Below are positions 9,812 to 19,300 of a stretch of 64,000 nucleotides of DNA, in pieces (positions within the stretch are counted from its first letter, which is position 1; the number at the start of each line of letters is the position of its first letter). Under the pieces are notes generated by a model, which worked only from the letters and a program-made list of their open reading frames with translations, did not search any database and was not told where the DNA came from. A program made the position numbers and the translations under genes. Source of the DNA: an uncultured Pseudomonadota bacterium (GTDB lineage: Bacteria > Oederibacteriota > Muellerivitia > Muellerivitales > Muellerivitaceae); the NCBI GenBank assembly GCA_963836235.1, contig CAWIIP010000001.1, positions 128,001 to 192,000 on the forward strand. The letters are read 5' to 3'.

Positions 9812-11560
9812 ATGGCAGATAAGGCTTTAGCCGTCGGCATTGATTTAGGAACCACGAATTCCTGCGTCGCCTATTTGAACGGGGGCGAACCTCAAGTTCT
9901 TCCGAATTCAGATGGTTATCACACCACGCCTTCCGTGGTCGCTTTTACCTCGCAAAAAAATTGGCTGGTGGGCCTTGACGCCAAACATCAAGCCATCACG
10001 AATCCCAAAGGAACCGTCGCTTCCATTAAGCGTTTTATAGGCCGAAAGATCACGGATGAGGATGTGCAAAAGGATAAAAACCTTGTTCCGTATACTATCG
10101 AAGGTTCCGAAAACAGCGACATCCGGGTCCATTTGGATGATCAATTAAAATCCCCCGAAGAAATTTCCGCCATCATCCTGCAAAAAATAAAACAAGACGT
10201 GGAAACGCGGTTGGGAGAAAAAGTCACCAACGCCGTTATTACCGTTCCCGCGTACTTTAATGATTCGCAAAGGCAAGCGACAAAAGACGCTGGGAAAATA
10301 GCGGGATTTGAAGTATTGCGCATTATTAATGAGCCTACCGCGGCGGCGCTTTCTTATGATTTTGACACGAAAAAGAACCAGAAAATCGCCGTGTATGATC
10401 TCGGCGGCGGTACTTTGGATGTCACCGTTTTGGAGTTATTAAACGGCCTGTACCGGGTTTTGGCCACTTGCGGGGATACCCATCTCGGCGGTGATGATTT
10501 TGATCAAACCATCATGCAATGGGTGCTTGAAAAGTTTTCCTCCGAACATGGCGTGGACTTGCGGCAAGATCCGGTTGCCCTTCAACGATTACGCGAAGCG
10601 GCTGAAAAGGCAAAATGCGACTTGTCGGCAACGGCGAGTGTTGATATCAATTTGCCTTTCATCACTAAAAAAGAGGGGACACCCTTAAATCTATCCTATA
10701 CCTTAAGCCGAAGTGATTTTGAGGGGTTAGTTGCCCAATTGGTTGAAAGAACCCTTGAGCCTTGCAAGAAAGCCCTTCGGGACGCCAATTTAACTCCCAA
10801 TGACTTGAGCGACATTATTTTGGTTGGCGGCATGACCCGCATGCCGAAAGTCAGGGAAACCGTCAAACGGTTTTTCAATAAAGAACCCAACACCAAAGTG
10901 AACCCGGATGAATCGGTCGCGTTGGGCGCGTCGATTCAAGCGGGCATCATCAACGGCAATATTCGAAACGCTCTTTTGTTGGATGTCACCCCGCTTTCAC
11001 TGGGTGTGGAAACACTGGGAGGAACTTTCAGCGTTATTATTCCGAGGAACACAACGGTTCCGACCAAAATGAGCAAGTTGTATTCCACGGTTAAAGACAT
11101 GCAAACATCGGTCAACGTTAAAGTCCTTCAGGGTGAGTCCAAGGTGGCCAATAATAACAAGACTTTAGGTTTCTTTTCATTTATCGGGCTACCTCCCGCA
11201 CCCGCCGGGACGGTTCAAATTGAGGTAACTTTCGCGATTGATTCAAATGGGATTGTGAACGTCACGGCCAAAAATGTCGCGACAGGCCAAATGCAACAAA
11301 TGAAAGTTTCCGCCACCAGCGGTTTGACCAGGGATGAATTGGATAAACTGGTTCAAGTCGCCAAAGGCAGGGTTATTTCCGCAACTCCAAAGGAAGAAAT
11401 CCGTCCTAAAGAAGAGGAGCGGAAAAAGACCGCTTCGCCCATGCCGGCGAAAACATCCGCCGCCTCCGACACTCCTGCTGGAGAGGGCGACACCGAGTTT
11501 TTAACGGGCGACATGATCAATTCCTTCCTCAAAGAACCCGACGAGCCGATGGGCGAATGA
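9812..11560 (+). CDS. dnaK: Hsp70/DnaK-family chaperone with shortened C-terminus
   Basis: [51 protein letters not shown]. The sequence becomes low-complexity after [12 protein letters not shown]. Confidence 0.9.
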   Translation: MADKALAVGIDLGTTNSCVAYLNGGEPQVLPNSDGYHTTPSVVAFTSQKNWLVGLDAKHQAITNPKGTVASIKRFIGRKITDEDVQKDKNLVPYTIEGSENSDIRVHLDDQLKSPEEISAIILQKIKQDVETRLGEKVTNAVITVPAYFNDSQRQATKDAGKIAGFEVLRIINEPTAAALSYDFDTKKNQKIAVYDLGGGTLDVTVLELLNGLYRVLATCGDTHLGGDDFDQTIMQWVLEKFSSEHGVDLRQDPVALQRLREAAEKAKCDLSATASVDINLPFITKKEGTPLNLSYTLSRSDFEGLVAQLVERTLEPCKKALRDANLTPNDLSDIILVGGMTRMPKVRETVKRFFNKEPNTKVNPDESVALGASIQAGIINGNIRNALLLDVTPLSLGVETLGGTFSVIIPRNTTVPTKMSKLYSTVKDMQTSVNVKVLQGESKVANNNKTLGFFSFIGLPPAPAGTVQIEVTFAIDSNGIVNVTAKNVATGQMQQMKVSATSGLTRDELDKLVQVAKGRVISATPKEEIRPKEEERKKTASPMPAKTSAASDTPAGEGDTEFLTGDMINSFLKEPDEPMGE

Positions 11561-12180
11561 AATCGATAGCTCTGTTCGGAGGATCCTTCAATCCGATTCA
11601 CTTTGGGCATTTAGCCATCGCGGAGGAAGTCCGAAATAAGCACAACATCGATAAGGTTATTTTTTTACCGACGAACCTTCCGCCTCACAAAGATCCCACC
11701 GATTTGGCCGACGCTAAAAAAAGATTAATCATGACCCACTTGGCGACCGTCAGCAATCCTTGCTTCGATACTTCCTCTTTTGAAATTGACCGGGGCGGGA
11801 AATCCTATTCCATTGACACGGTTAAATATTTTTACCAGCTTTTTAAGGGGAAAACCGAATTGTATTTTATTATTGGGGCCGACATGTTGTCGGAGATTTT
11901 GACCTGGAAGAGTATTGAGGAAATTTTAAAAATGTGCCGCTTTATCGCGGTTTCCCGTCCCGGCTATGACGTCCAAAAAATTTTCAACCGCCATTTTTTG
12001 ACCTCGGAAAATTATAATATCGCTTCCGGGCTGTTGGATAATATCATGATTGAGGAAATGCCCATGCTGGATATCAGCGCGACCGACATTCGCCGGAGGG
12101 TCGCGGAGTGGAAAAGCATTAAATACTTGGTCCCTGAATCCGTTGAGCAATTTATTCACAACCAACAACTTTATCTTTAA
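11557..12180 (+). CDS. nadD: Nicotinate-nucleotide adenylyltransferase
   Basis: FGGSFNPIHFGH, PPHK, FIIGAD, ISATDIR. Confidence 0.96.
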   Translation: MKSIALFGGSFNPIHFGHLAIAEEVRNKHNIDKVIFLPTNLPPHKDPTDLADAKKRLIMTHLATVSNPCFDTSSFEIDRGGKSYSIDTVKYFYQLFKGKTELYFIIGADMLSEILTWKSIEEILKMCRFIAVSRPGYDVQKIFNRHFLTSENYNIASGLLDNIMIEEMPMLDISATDIRRRVAEWKSIKYLVPESVEQFIHNQQLYL

Positions 12181-12194
12181 GCGAAGAGGAACCG

Positions 12195-12461
12195 ATGCAA
12201 CTGGTTAATTATATGGAAGAAGCGGTGAAGCGGGTTTTCGAGGAACTCCTGAAAGAGCCGATCTATCAATCCGTTCCATTTGATGAAAAGACAAAATTGG
12301 ATATCATCGCCTTCACCCTCAACCATTTGCCGCCCCGGTATGTCGTGACTGAAAAGGGCCATCTTTATACGAGGGTTAATGAATTGCACCAGCAATTTAA
12401 AACGGATATTATCATTGAATTAACCACGGCCATAAACCAAGTTAAAGCAAATCCACGCTAG
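12195..12461 (+). CDS. comFB: Late competence development ComFB-family protein
   Basis: LVNYMEEAV...DIIAFTLNHLPPRYVVT...AINQVKANPR matches the ComFB family pattern. Confidence 0.85.
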   Translation: MQLVNYMEEAVKRVFEELLKEPIYQSVPFDEKTKLDIIAFTLNHLPPRYVVTEKGHLYTRVNELHQQFKTDIIIELTTAINQVKANPR

Positions 12462-12469
12462 GAATTTTA

Positions 12470-12802
12470 GTGAAAAATGTTTTCCCGGAAACCGTAAAAA
12501 ATATTATTAAAGCCCTTGAGGACAAGAAGGCGATTGATATTCAAGTATTGGATATTCGCGACATCGCCTCTTACACGGATTTCTTGGTGATTTGTACCGG
12601 GACATCCTCAACGCACGTGAACGCCCTGGTGGAGAATGTGGTGGACGAATTTTCAAAAGAAGACGGTCCGGTTTATATGAATCCCTCCAAAGACAACAGC
12701 TGGTGGATACTGGATTTTGTGGATACGGTCGTTCATGTCTTTAATGAGACCACAAGGCAGTATTACGATCTCGAGCGTTTGTGGCTGGACGCCAAAAAGT
12801 AA
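12470..12802 (+). CDS. rsfS: Ribosome silencing factor RsfS (Iojap)
   Basis: DKKAIDI, DFLVICTGTS, WWILDF.D.VVHVF...RQYYDLERLW. Confidence 0.95.
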   Translation: MKNVFPETVKNIIKALEDKKAIDIQVLDIRDIASYTDFLVICTGTSSTHVNALVENVVDEFSKEDGPVYMNPSKDNSWWILDFVDTVVHVFNETTRQYYDLERLWLDAKK

Positions 12803-12962
12803 AAGTTTCCTACCGAGTCCCCGCCCCTTCTGGTAATCAAAAATTGTACAAAAGTTGACTGGTTAAACCCTTCACCTGGCTTTCCCTTCTGAAATTTCTG
12901 GAAATCCGAAAAAAATTCGCTAGGCTTTTTCCTAAAATTTGTTCACACCCAAGGAGAAAGCT

Positions 12963-14834
12963 ATGGATGAACGCTTGAAGGCCGTTGAGACGATCGTCGA
13001 AATCCCCATCGAACTGATCCGGGAAAACCCGGACAATCCAAGAGGGCCGGTATCCCTGGAGGACGGCCGTACCATGGCCGAATCCCTGGAGGCCGTGGGC
13101 CAGTGTAAGCCGGTCTTGGTACGGCCCCAAAGCGAAGCGGAGAAGGCGCAGTTTCCCCCCACTGAATACCTCATGCTGGGGGGCCACCGGCGGTTAGCCG
13201 GGGCCAAGCTGGCAGGGTGGAAGACCCTGAAGGCCACCATCGTGACCCCCAAGACCCCCCACGAGGAGTTGCTGGAGGTGGTCCTGGATAACCGCCATAA
13301 GCCTATAGGCTGGTGGAAGGAGGACCTGGCCATTGAAAGGTTCTTGAAACCGACCAACGGGGACGGTCAAAGGAAGCTGGCCGCGGAATTGGACATTTCT
13401 CCCTCGAACGTGAACAAAGCTTGGAAGCTCACTCAGGCCCTAAACCCCGTCTCCCGGGGTCTGGTAACCCAGAACCTGGCTTCTCAACCCCCTGACGAGA
13501 CCGAAAGTGTTTCCTCAGGAAACACTAAAAGTAAGGTTATTCCCATTACCCGAAGTATCCTGCTGGTTTTGGCCGATCTGAGGGACCCCCAGGAGGTCGA
13601 AAAGGCTCTTCGCCGGGTGCTGGACGACCAGATGAACGAGCCCCAGGCGCGGCAGCTGGTAGCGGGACTCAAAGGGGGAACGGACCCGGCAGCCCAACCC
13701 AAAAAGGCTCACAGGGCGGTAGTTGCTGGGGATTCAGTAAAGGCACCTGCTATGGCACAAGCTGGAAGCTCGTCGTATGCCAATTCCCATTCGGAATTGG
13801 CACAACCAAGGCAAGGGCCTCAGCCTGTGGCTTCAGCCCAGGTGCCAACGAATCCGGCGGGTACGGCAACCGGCCTTAAGGGCTGGCTGGGCGATCTGTT
13901 GCCCCAACACCAGCAAGCCAAGAGCCTGGTGGTAGGTGGGATGGCCGGTTGGGTGGGGGGCTTTCTGGCCGCCAACTTCAAACGGGCCATGGGCACCATC
14001 ACCCGCCGTTGGATGCTTCACGGTATGTTGGGTTTGGGGGTGGCGGGCTTTTTGGTGACCCATGGTTTTAGTTCTCGTTCCAAGCCCGCTCCGCAATCCG
14101 GTCCTCAAGCCGGGGGGCAAGCGCAAGTTGTGCCAAGCCAAAGCGCCGTGGGTAGCCAAGGCACCCTAATGGGCTCGGTGGTTAATGTTCCGCCCGAATG
14201 GCAGGGAAGGGTTGTGTCGGGCCAAAACCTGGCCACGCAACTGGCCATGGATTTTTACGGGTTCGGTTATTACGACAATACCACCTGGCTTAATTCGATG
14301 AATGGCGACTTGTCCAGCGCTTATTCCCCCGTCTTTTTCCAGACCTTTTTCCCTCCATCCAAAATGGAAGCCATCCAGAATTTGAAGCTGAAGGGGTTTT
14401 TCAATTTCAACCAACCCATCCAGCTTTTGGCCATCGACGCGCAAAACGAAACCTTTTGGGTGGGGGGCGGGGCGAAGATCAAAAGTGACCATTCGCAAGT
14501 GGACCAGCTAGTAGCCCAGGGCGACGTGGCCTTGGAAGTCCATTTGGCCCAAACGCCCGGAGGAAAAAACCAGGTCGTTTTGGTGAAGGAATTGACGGCT
14601 TTACCCTTCGACTTTGCCCAGGGCGGGCCCAACCAAAGCTCGTCCCACGACTCGAAGGCCGGAGGGCAGGTGGGGGATGGGGCAAAAGCCGCTCAGAAAA
14701 CGCAAAAGGTGGCGTCTTCGGAAACAAGTTCTTCAAAAGTCCCTTCGGCCCCGGCCTCCCAAAAGACGGACCCTGCGGCAAAGTTCGTGGGGGATGCGGC
14801 CGGTGAAGCGGCCAAGAAGTTCTTGGGGTTTTAA
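12963..14834 (+). CDS. ParB/Srx N-terminal domain + HTH + transmembrane segment + C-terminal alpha/beta domain fusion
   Basis: NPDNPR, G.CKPVLVRP, LGGHRRLAGAK (ParB CTP-binding box); QRKLAAELDISPSNVNK HTH; hydrophobic WMLHGMLGLGVAGFLV; AAGGAG RBS before ATG 12963. Confidence 0.8.
   Translation: MDERLKAVETIVEIPIELIRENPDNPRGPVSLEDGRTMAESLEAVGQCKPVLVRPQSEAEKAQFPPTEYLMLGGHRRLAGAKLAGWKTLKATIVTPKTPHEELLEVVLDNRHKPIGWWKEDLAIERFLKPTNGDGQRKLAAELDISPSNVNKAWKLTQALNPVSRGLVTQNLASQPPDETESVSSGNTKSKVIPITRSILLVLADLRDPQEVEKALRRVLDDQMNEPQARQLVAGLKGGTDPAAQPKKAHRAVVAGDSVKAPAMAQAGSSSYANSHSELAQPRQGPQPVASAQVPTNPAGTATGLKGWLGDLLPQHQQAKSLVVGGMAGWVGGFLAANFKRAMGTITRRWMLHGMLGLGVAGFLVTHGFSSRSKPAPQSGPQAGGQAQVVPSQSAVGSQGTLMGSVVNVPPEWQGRVVSGQNLATQLAMDFYGFGYYDNTTWLNSMNGDLSSAYSPVFFQTFFPPSKMEAIQNLKLKGFFNFNQPIQLLAIDAQNETFWVGGGAKIKSDHSQVDQLVAQGDVALEVHLAQTPGGKNQVVLVKELTALPFDFAQGGPNQSSSHDSKAGGQVGDGAKAAQKTQKVASSETSSSKVPSAPASQKTDPAAKFVGDAAGEAAKKFLGF
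13506..13526. repeat. Perfect 10-1-10 intragenic palindrome, parS-like
   Basis: AGTGTTTCCT-C-AGGAAACACT read directly; compare the parS consensus TGTTTCACGTGAAACA. Confidence 0.85.
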
Positions 14835-14875
14835 ATCATTCAAAAGCCTAAAATGGCCAGGCGTAAAGCGGTGAA

Positions 14876-15012
14876 ATGGCCAAAGCTTTAGGCATCCCCG
14901 TGCGAAGCATAAGCCGGCTTCCGCAAAACCGGATGGATGAAGGCCAGGTGGTCAGTTCGGGTGAGGGAAGGTGGACTATTTATCGGCTCAAAGAGCAGGC
15001 GAACGGCGGGGG
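14876..15012 (+). pseudogene. Winged-HTH gene remnant
   Basis: MAKALGIPVRSISRL...DEGQVVSSGEGRWTIYRL resembles an HTH plus wing; the upstream portion is out of frame. Confidence 0.5.
14942..15012 (+). repeat. Degenerate 71-bp direct repeat, copy 1
   Basis: Ungapped manual alignment to 15689-15759 gives 58/71 identity. Confidence 0.85.
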
Positions 15013-15120
15013 TGCGAGCCAGAAGCCTCAAGCGCGAGCGACGAGAGAAAATGAATTTGTTTCCAGGGGTGTTGAAAGCCTAATAATATTGGGGAACGCG
15101 AGTGGAAAAAGAGGAAGGTT

Positions 15121-15687
15121 ATGAGCGAGATTGTTTCGCAAGGTTATGTTGAGCAAAAAATATATTTCCTTCGGGGCAAGAAGATAATGCTTTCCCATGA
15201 TTTGGCGGAGCTTTATGGAGTGACGACTTTTAACCTGAATAAGGCCGTCAAACGCAATCACGAACGTTTCCCTCGGGATTTCATGTTCCAATTGACACGG
15301 AAAGAAGCCGAAAACTTGAAATTCCAATTTGGAATTTCAAACTTGAAGTCACAATCTGTGACTTCAAGTTGGGGCGGAGCTAGGCGGGCCGCGCCTTACG
15401 CCTTCACGGAGCAAGGCGTGGCCATGCTTTCCAGTGTTTTGAGGAGCAAGAAAGCCATCCGGGTGAACATTGAGATTATGCGGGCTTTCGCCCGGTTAAG
15501 GGAAATTTTGGCGGTCAATAAGGATTTCGCGCGAAGGCTTGAGGAATTGGAAAGGAAGTTCAACGCCCATGACCATCAATTCCAGGCGGTATTTGACGCC
15601 ATAAAGGAACTGATGAAGTTGCCGGAAAAGCAGAAAAGGCGTATTGGATTTCTTGAAGAACCCAGGGCGGAGTATCGAGTGCATTAA
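15121..15687 (+). CDS. ORF6N (KilA-N-related) DNA-binding domain protein
   Basis: IYFLRGKKIMLSHDLAELYGV...AVKRNHERFP.DFMFQLT...PYAFTEQGVAMLSSVL...NIEIMRAF; C-terminal coiled coil and RIGF. Confidence 0.92.
   Translation: MSEIVSQGYVEQKIYFLRGKKIMLSHDLAELYGVTTFNLNKAVKRNHERFPRDFMFQLTRKEAENLKFQFGISNLKSQSVTSSWGGARRAAPYAFTEQGVAMLSSVLRSKKAIRVNIEIMRAFARLREILAVNKDFARRLEELERKFNAHDHQFQAVFDAIKELMKLPEKQKRRIGFLEEPRAEYRVH
15313..15370. repeat. Tandem 27-bp units, each containing a 25-bp palindrome, inside ORF6N
   Basis: TTGAAATTCCAA-T-TTGGAATTTCAA (15316-15340) and AACTTGAAGTCACA-ATC-TGTGACTTCAAGTT (15340-15370). Confidence 0.9.
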
Positions 15688-15688
15688 T

Positions 15689-15759
15689 GGCCAGGTGGTC
15701 AGTGAGGGCAAGGGAAGGTGGACTATATACCGGATTAAAGAAGAGGCGGACGGTAGGGG
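15689..15759 (+). repeat. Degenerate 71-bp direct repeat, copy 2
   Basis: Starts 1 bp after the ORF6N stop; translates GQVVSEGKGRWTIYRIKEEADGRG, matching copy 1. Confidence 0.85.
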
Positions 15760-16342
15760 ATAGTATTAGAATCTGAATACTTTTAAGAGGGCTTGGTGTG
15801 AAATGGAAAATGGAGGCCAGGCACCTTTTTCTGAGTTATGACCGTTAGTGAACTCTGTCCTAAAAGTTATCAGTTAAGCATCATTTCGTCCTAAAAATGG
15901 TCAAGTTCTCCCAGTTCTTATCTTGCTATAAGAGGATAAAAGGCAGAATTCTTCATTGATTTCCTTTAATTTTGAGAACCGGTAAAATTGGCCTTTAATT
16001 TGCTTTAATTGGGGAATGGGTATATATTACACAGCAGGAAATATAAGGTTAACTGTTTTACCTACGTATCTGCAAGTACTTCCTGGTAAAGCCAAATATT
16101 CAAGTGACCTTACCCCCAAAACTGGTCCACCCTTTTATCGGCCACATAACTGCCCTACTTGGCCAATTGCAAATCTTTACTTCAACCCGATCAACTATCG
16201 TGGGATAGGTATATGCCCACAACAATAATGGGCTTTCTGAAAGGGCATTTTTCAACTTTTATGGGCCCAGGACGATTCCTGGCACATTTCACTGGAACTG
16301 AGCTGGAAAATTTTAGATGAATTTTAACTTTGGAAAAAATCA

Positions 16343-19300
16343 TTGATTAACAATCTTGAGAAAATTATTTTCTTTTACCGGCTCTTTTCGAGACGCTGGA
16401 TACCGGCGTTTGCGCTGTTGATCATTTTTGGATGGGGTAGCCAGGCCCATTCGCAGGTCAGCGCCACTTGGAGGGTTGCCTGTAACGGGACGGCCCACAC
16501 CGATTGCCTGGGAAATGTTTGGGCGGCGGATGAAAACTTCCTTAACGGCAGTCTTTACAACACGGCTTCGGCGATTACGGGAGCCCTGCCTTGTGGGACC
16601 GACCAGGTGCTTTACCAGAAAGAGAGATATGGTAATGGCGCTGTTGCTGTTACCTATGTTTTCGATGTGCCGGCTGGAACCTATCAAGTTACCTTAAAGT
16701 TCGCGGAAATTTATTTTACGGCGGCGGGTGACAGAGTATTTAACGTTTCGATCGCTGGAACACAAGTTTTAACCAACTTTGATATCTTTGCCGCGGCAGG
16801 CGGTGAAAACATTGCCATCGACGAAGTGTTCAGCAATATCGCTCCTTCCGGCGGAGCGATTACCATTCTTCTGGGCCCCGCGAGCGTGAACAACGGTAAG
16901 TGTGACGCTATTCAGATTGTTGCCCAACCGACCAATACCCCCACGGCTACGGCAACGAATACCGCTACGAAAACCCCGACCAGCACCATTACTGAAACGC
17001 CGACTAAAACCGCCACAAATACAGCCACCAACACCGCGACGGCCACAGCAACGAATACCCCCACCAATACGACGACGAACACAACCACGAATACTACGAC
17101 CAATACCGCCACGAACACAGCCACCAAGACCGCGACGGCTACAACCACGAACACAGGCACCAACACCGCGACGGCTACCGCCACAAATACTCCGACTGCC
17201 ACCACGACGAATACGCCGACCAAAACGACCACCAACACACCGACCAATACAGCCACGAATACCGGGACTAGCACTGCCACGAGCACCACAACCAACACAC
17301 CGACCAATACGGCCACGAACACAGCCACCAATACCGCAACGGCCACCACTACAAATACGCCGACTAATACAGCTACAAATACCGCGACTAACACCGCTAC
17401 GAACACGCCAACTAAAACGACCACCAACACACCGACCAATACGGCCACGAACACAGCCACCAATACTGCAACGGCCACCACTACAAATACGCCGACTAAT
17501 ACAGCTACGAATACCGGGACTAACACGGCAACTAATACAGCTACAAATACCGCGACTAACACCGCTACGAACACGCAAACTAAAACGACCACCAACACGC
17601 CGACCAATACAGCCACAAACACAGCCACCAACACCGCAACGGCCACTACTACGAATACGCCAACCAAAACGACTACGAACACACCGACTAATACAGCGAC
17701 GAATACCGCGACTAACACGGCCACCAATACAGCTACAAACACCACAACGAACACACCGACTAACACGGCCACCAACACCGCGACGGCCACCACAACGAAT
17801 ACTCCGACTAATACAGCCACGAATACCGCGACCAACACGGCCACCAATACAGCTACGAACACTACAACGAACACGCCGACCAATACGGCCACAAACACAG
17901 CCACTAATACTGCGACGTCCACAACAACGAATACTCCGACCAACACGACGACCGCTACCCCGACGAACACGACCACCGACACGCCAACGAATACCACGAC
18001 GAATACGCCGACAAACACGAATACCGCGACCAACACGACCACGAACACCCCGACTAACACCACGACAGACACGCCAACCAATACGACAACTGACACGCCA
18101 ACGAACACCACCACGAACACGACGACCAACACACCAACCAATACGACGACCGCTACCCCGACGAACACGACCACCGATACGCCAACGAAGACCGCTACCA
18201 ACACGACCACGAATACCCCGACTAACACCACGACGGACACGCCAACCAATACGACGACGGCTACACCGACTAATACGGCGACGGCCACCACAACGAATAC
18301 ACCGACTAACACCACGACAGACACGCCAACCAACACGACGACCGCTACCCCGACAAACACGACGACCGACACACCGACGAATACGCCGACAAACACGAAT
18401 ACCGCGACCAACACGACCACTAACACCCTGACTAACACCACGACGGACACGCCAACCAATACGACGACTGACACTCCGACGAATACAACGACAGCTACAC
18501 CGACTAATACGGCGACCAACACGACCACTAATACACCGACCAACACCACGACGGACACGCCAACCAATACGACGACCGCCACCCCGACTAGCACCACGAC
18601 AGACACACCAACCAATACGACGACTGACACTCCGACGAATACAACGACGGCTACACCGACTAATACCGCGACGGCCACCACAACGAATACACCGACTAAC
18701 ACCACGACAGACACGCCAACCAATACGACGACTGACACTCCGACGAATACAACGACAGCTACACCGACTAATACGGCGACCAACACAACCACTAATACAC
18801 CGACTAACACCACGACAGACACGCCAACGAATACCACTACGAACACCACCACTAATACGCCAACAAATACACCCACTAACACGACCACTAATACGCCGAC
18901 TAATACCACGACGGACACGCCAACCAACACGACGACCGCTACCCCGACGAACACGACCACCGACACACCAACGAACACCACCACGAATACGCCGACCAAT
19001 ACGAACACGGCGACCAACACGACCACAAACACCCCGACTAACACCACGACGGACACGCCGACCAATACGACAACCGACACTCCGACGAATACGACGACAG
19101 CTACACCGACTAATACGGCGACTAACACGACCACGAATACCCCGACTAACACCACGACGGACACGCCAACCAACACGACGACTGACACTCCGACGAATAC
19201 AACGACGGCTACACCGACTAATACGGCGACCAACACGACCACGAACACCCCGACTAACACCACGACGGACACGCCAACCAACACGACGACTAATACTCCG

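Noticed and set aside
12479-12494. TTTCC-C-GGAAA at the rsfS start as a second parS-like site
   Set aside because: Short arms and different spacing from the 13506 palindrome.
15807-15830. AAAATGGAGGCCAGGCACCTTTTT, resembling a REP-like palindrome
   Set aside because: Single imperfect copy; no RAYT transposase in the window.
15760-16342. Long spacer before the malectin gene, checked for a c-di-GMP riboswitch or small ORF
   Set aside because: No recognisable aptamer motif; the 70-aa ORF shows no family signal.
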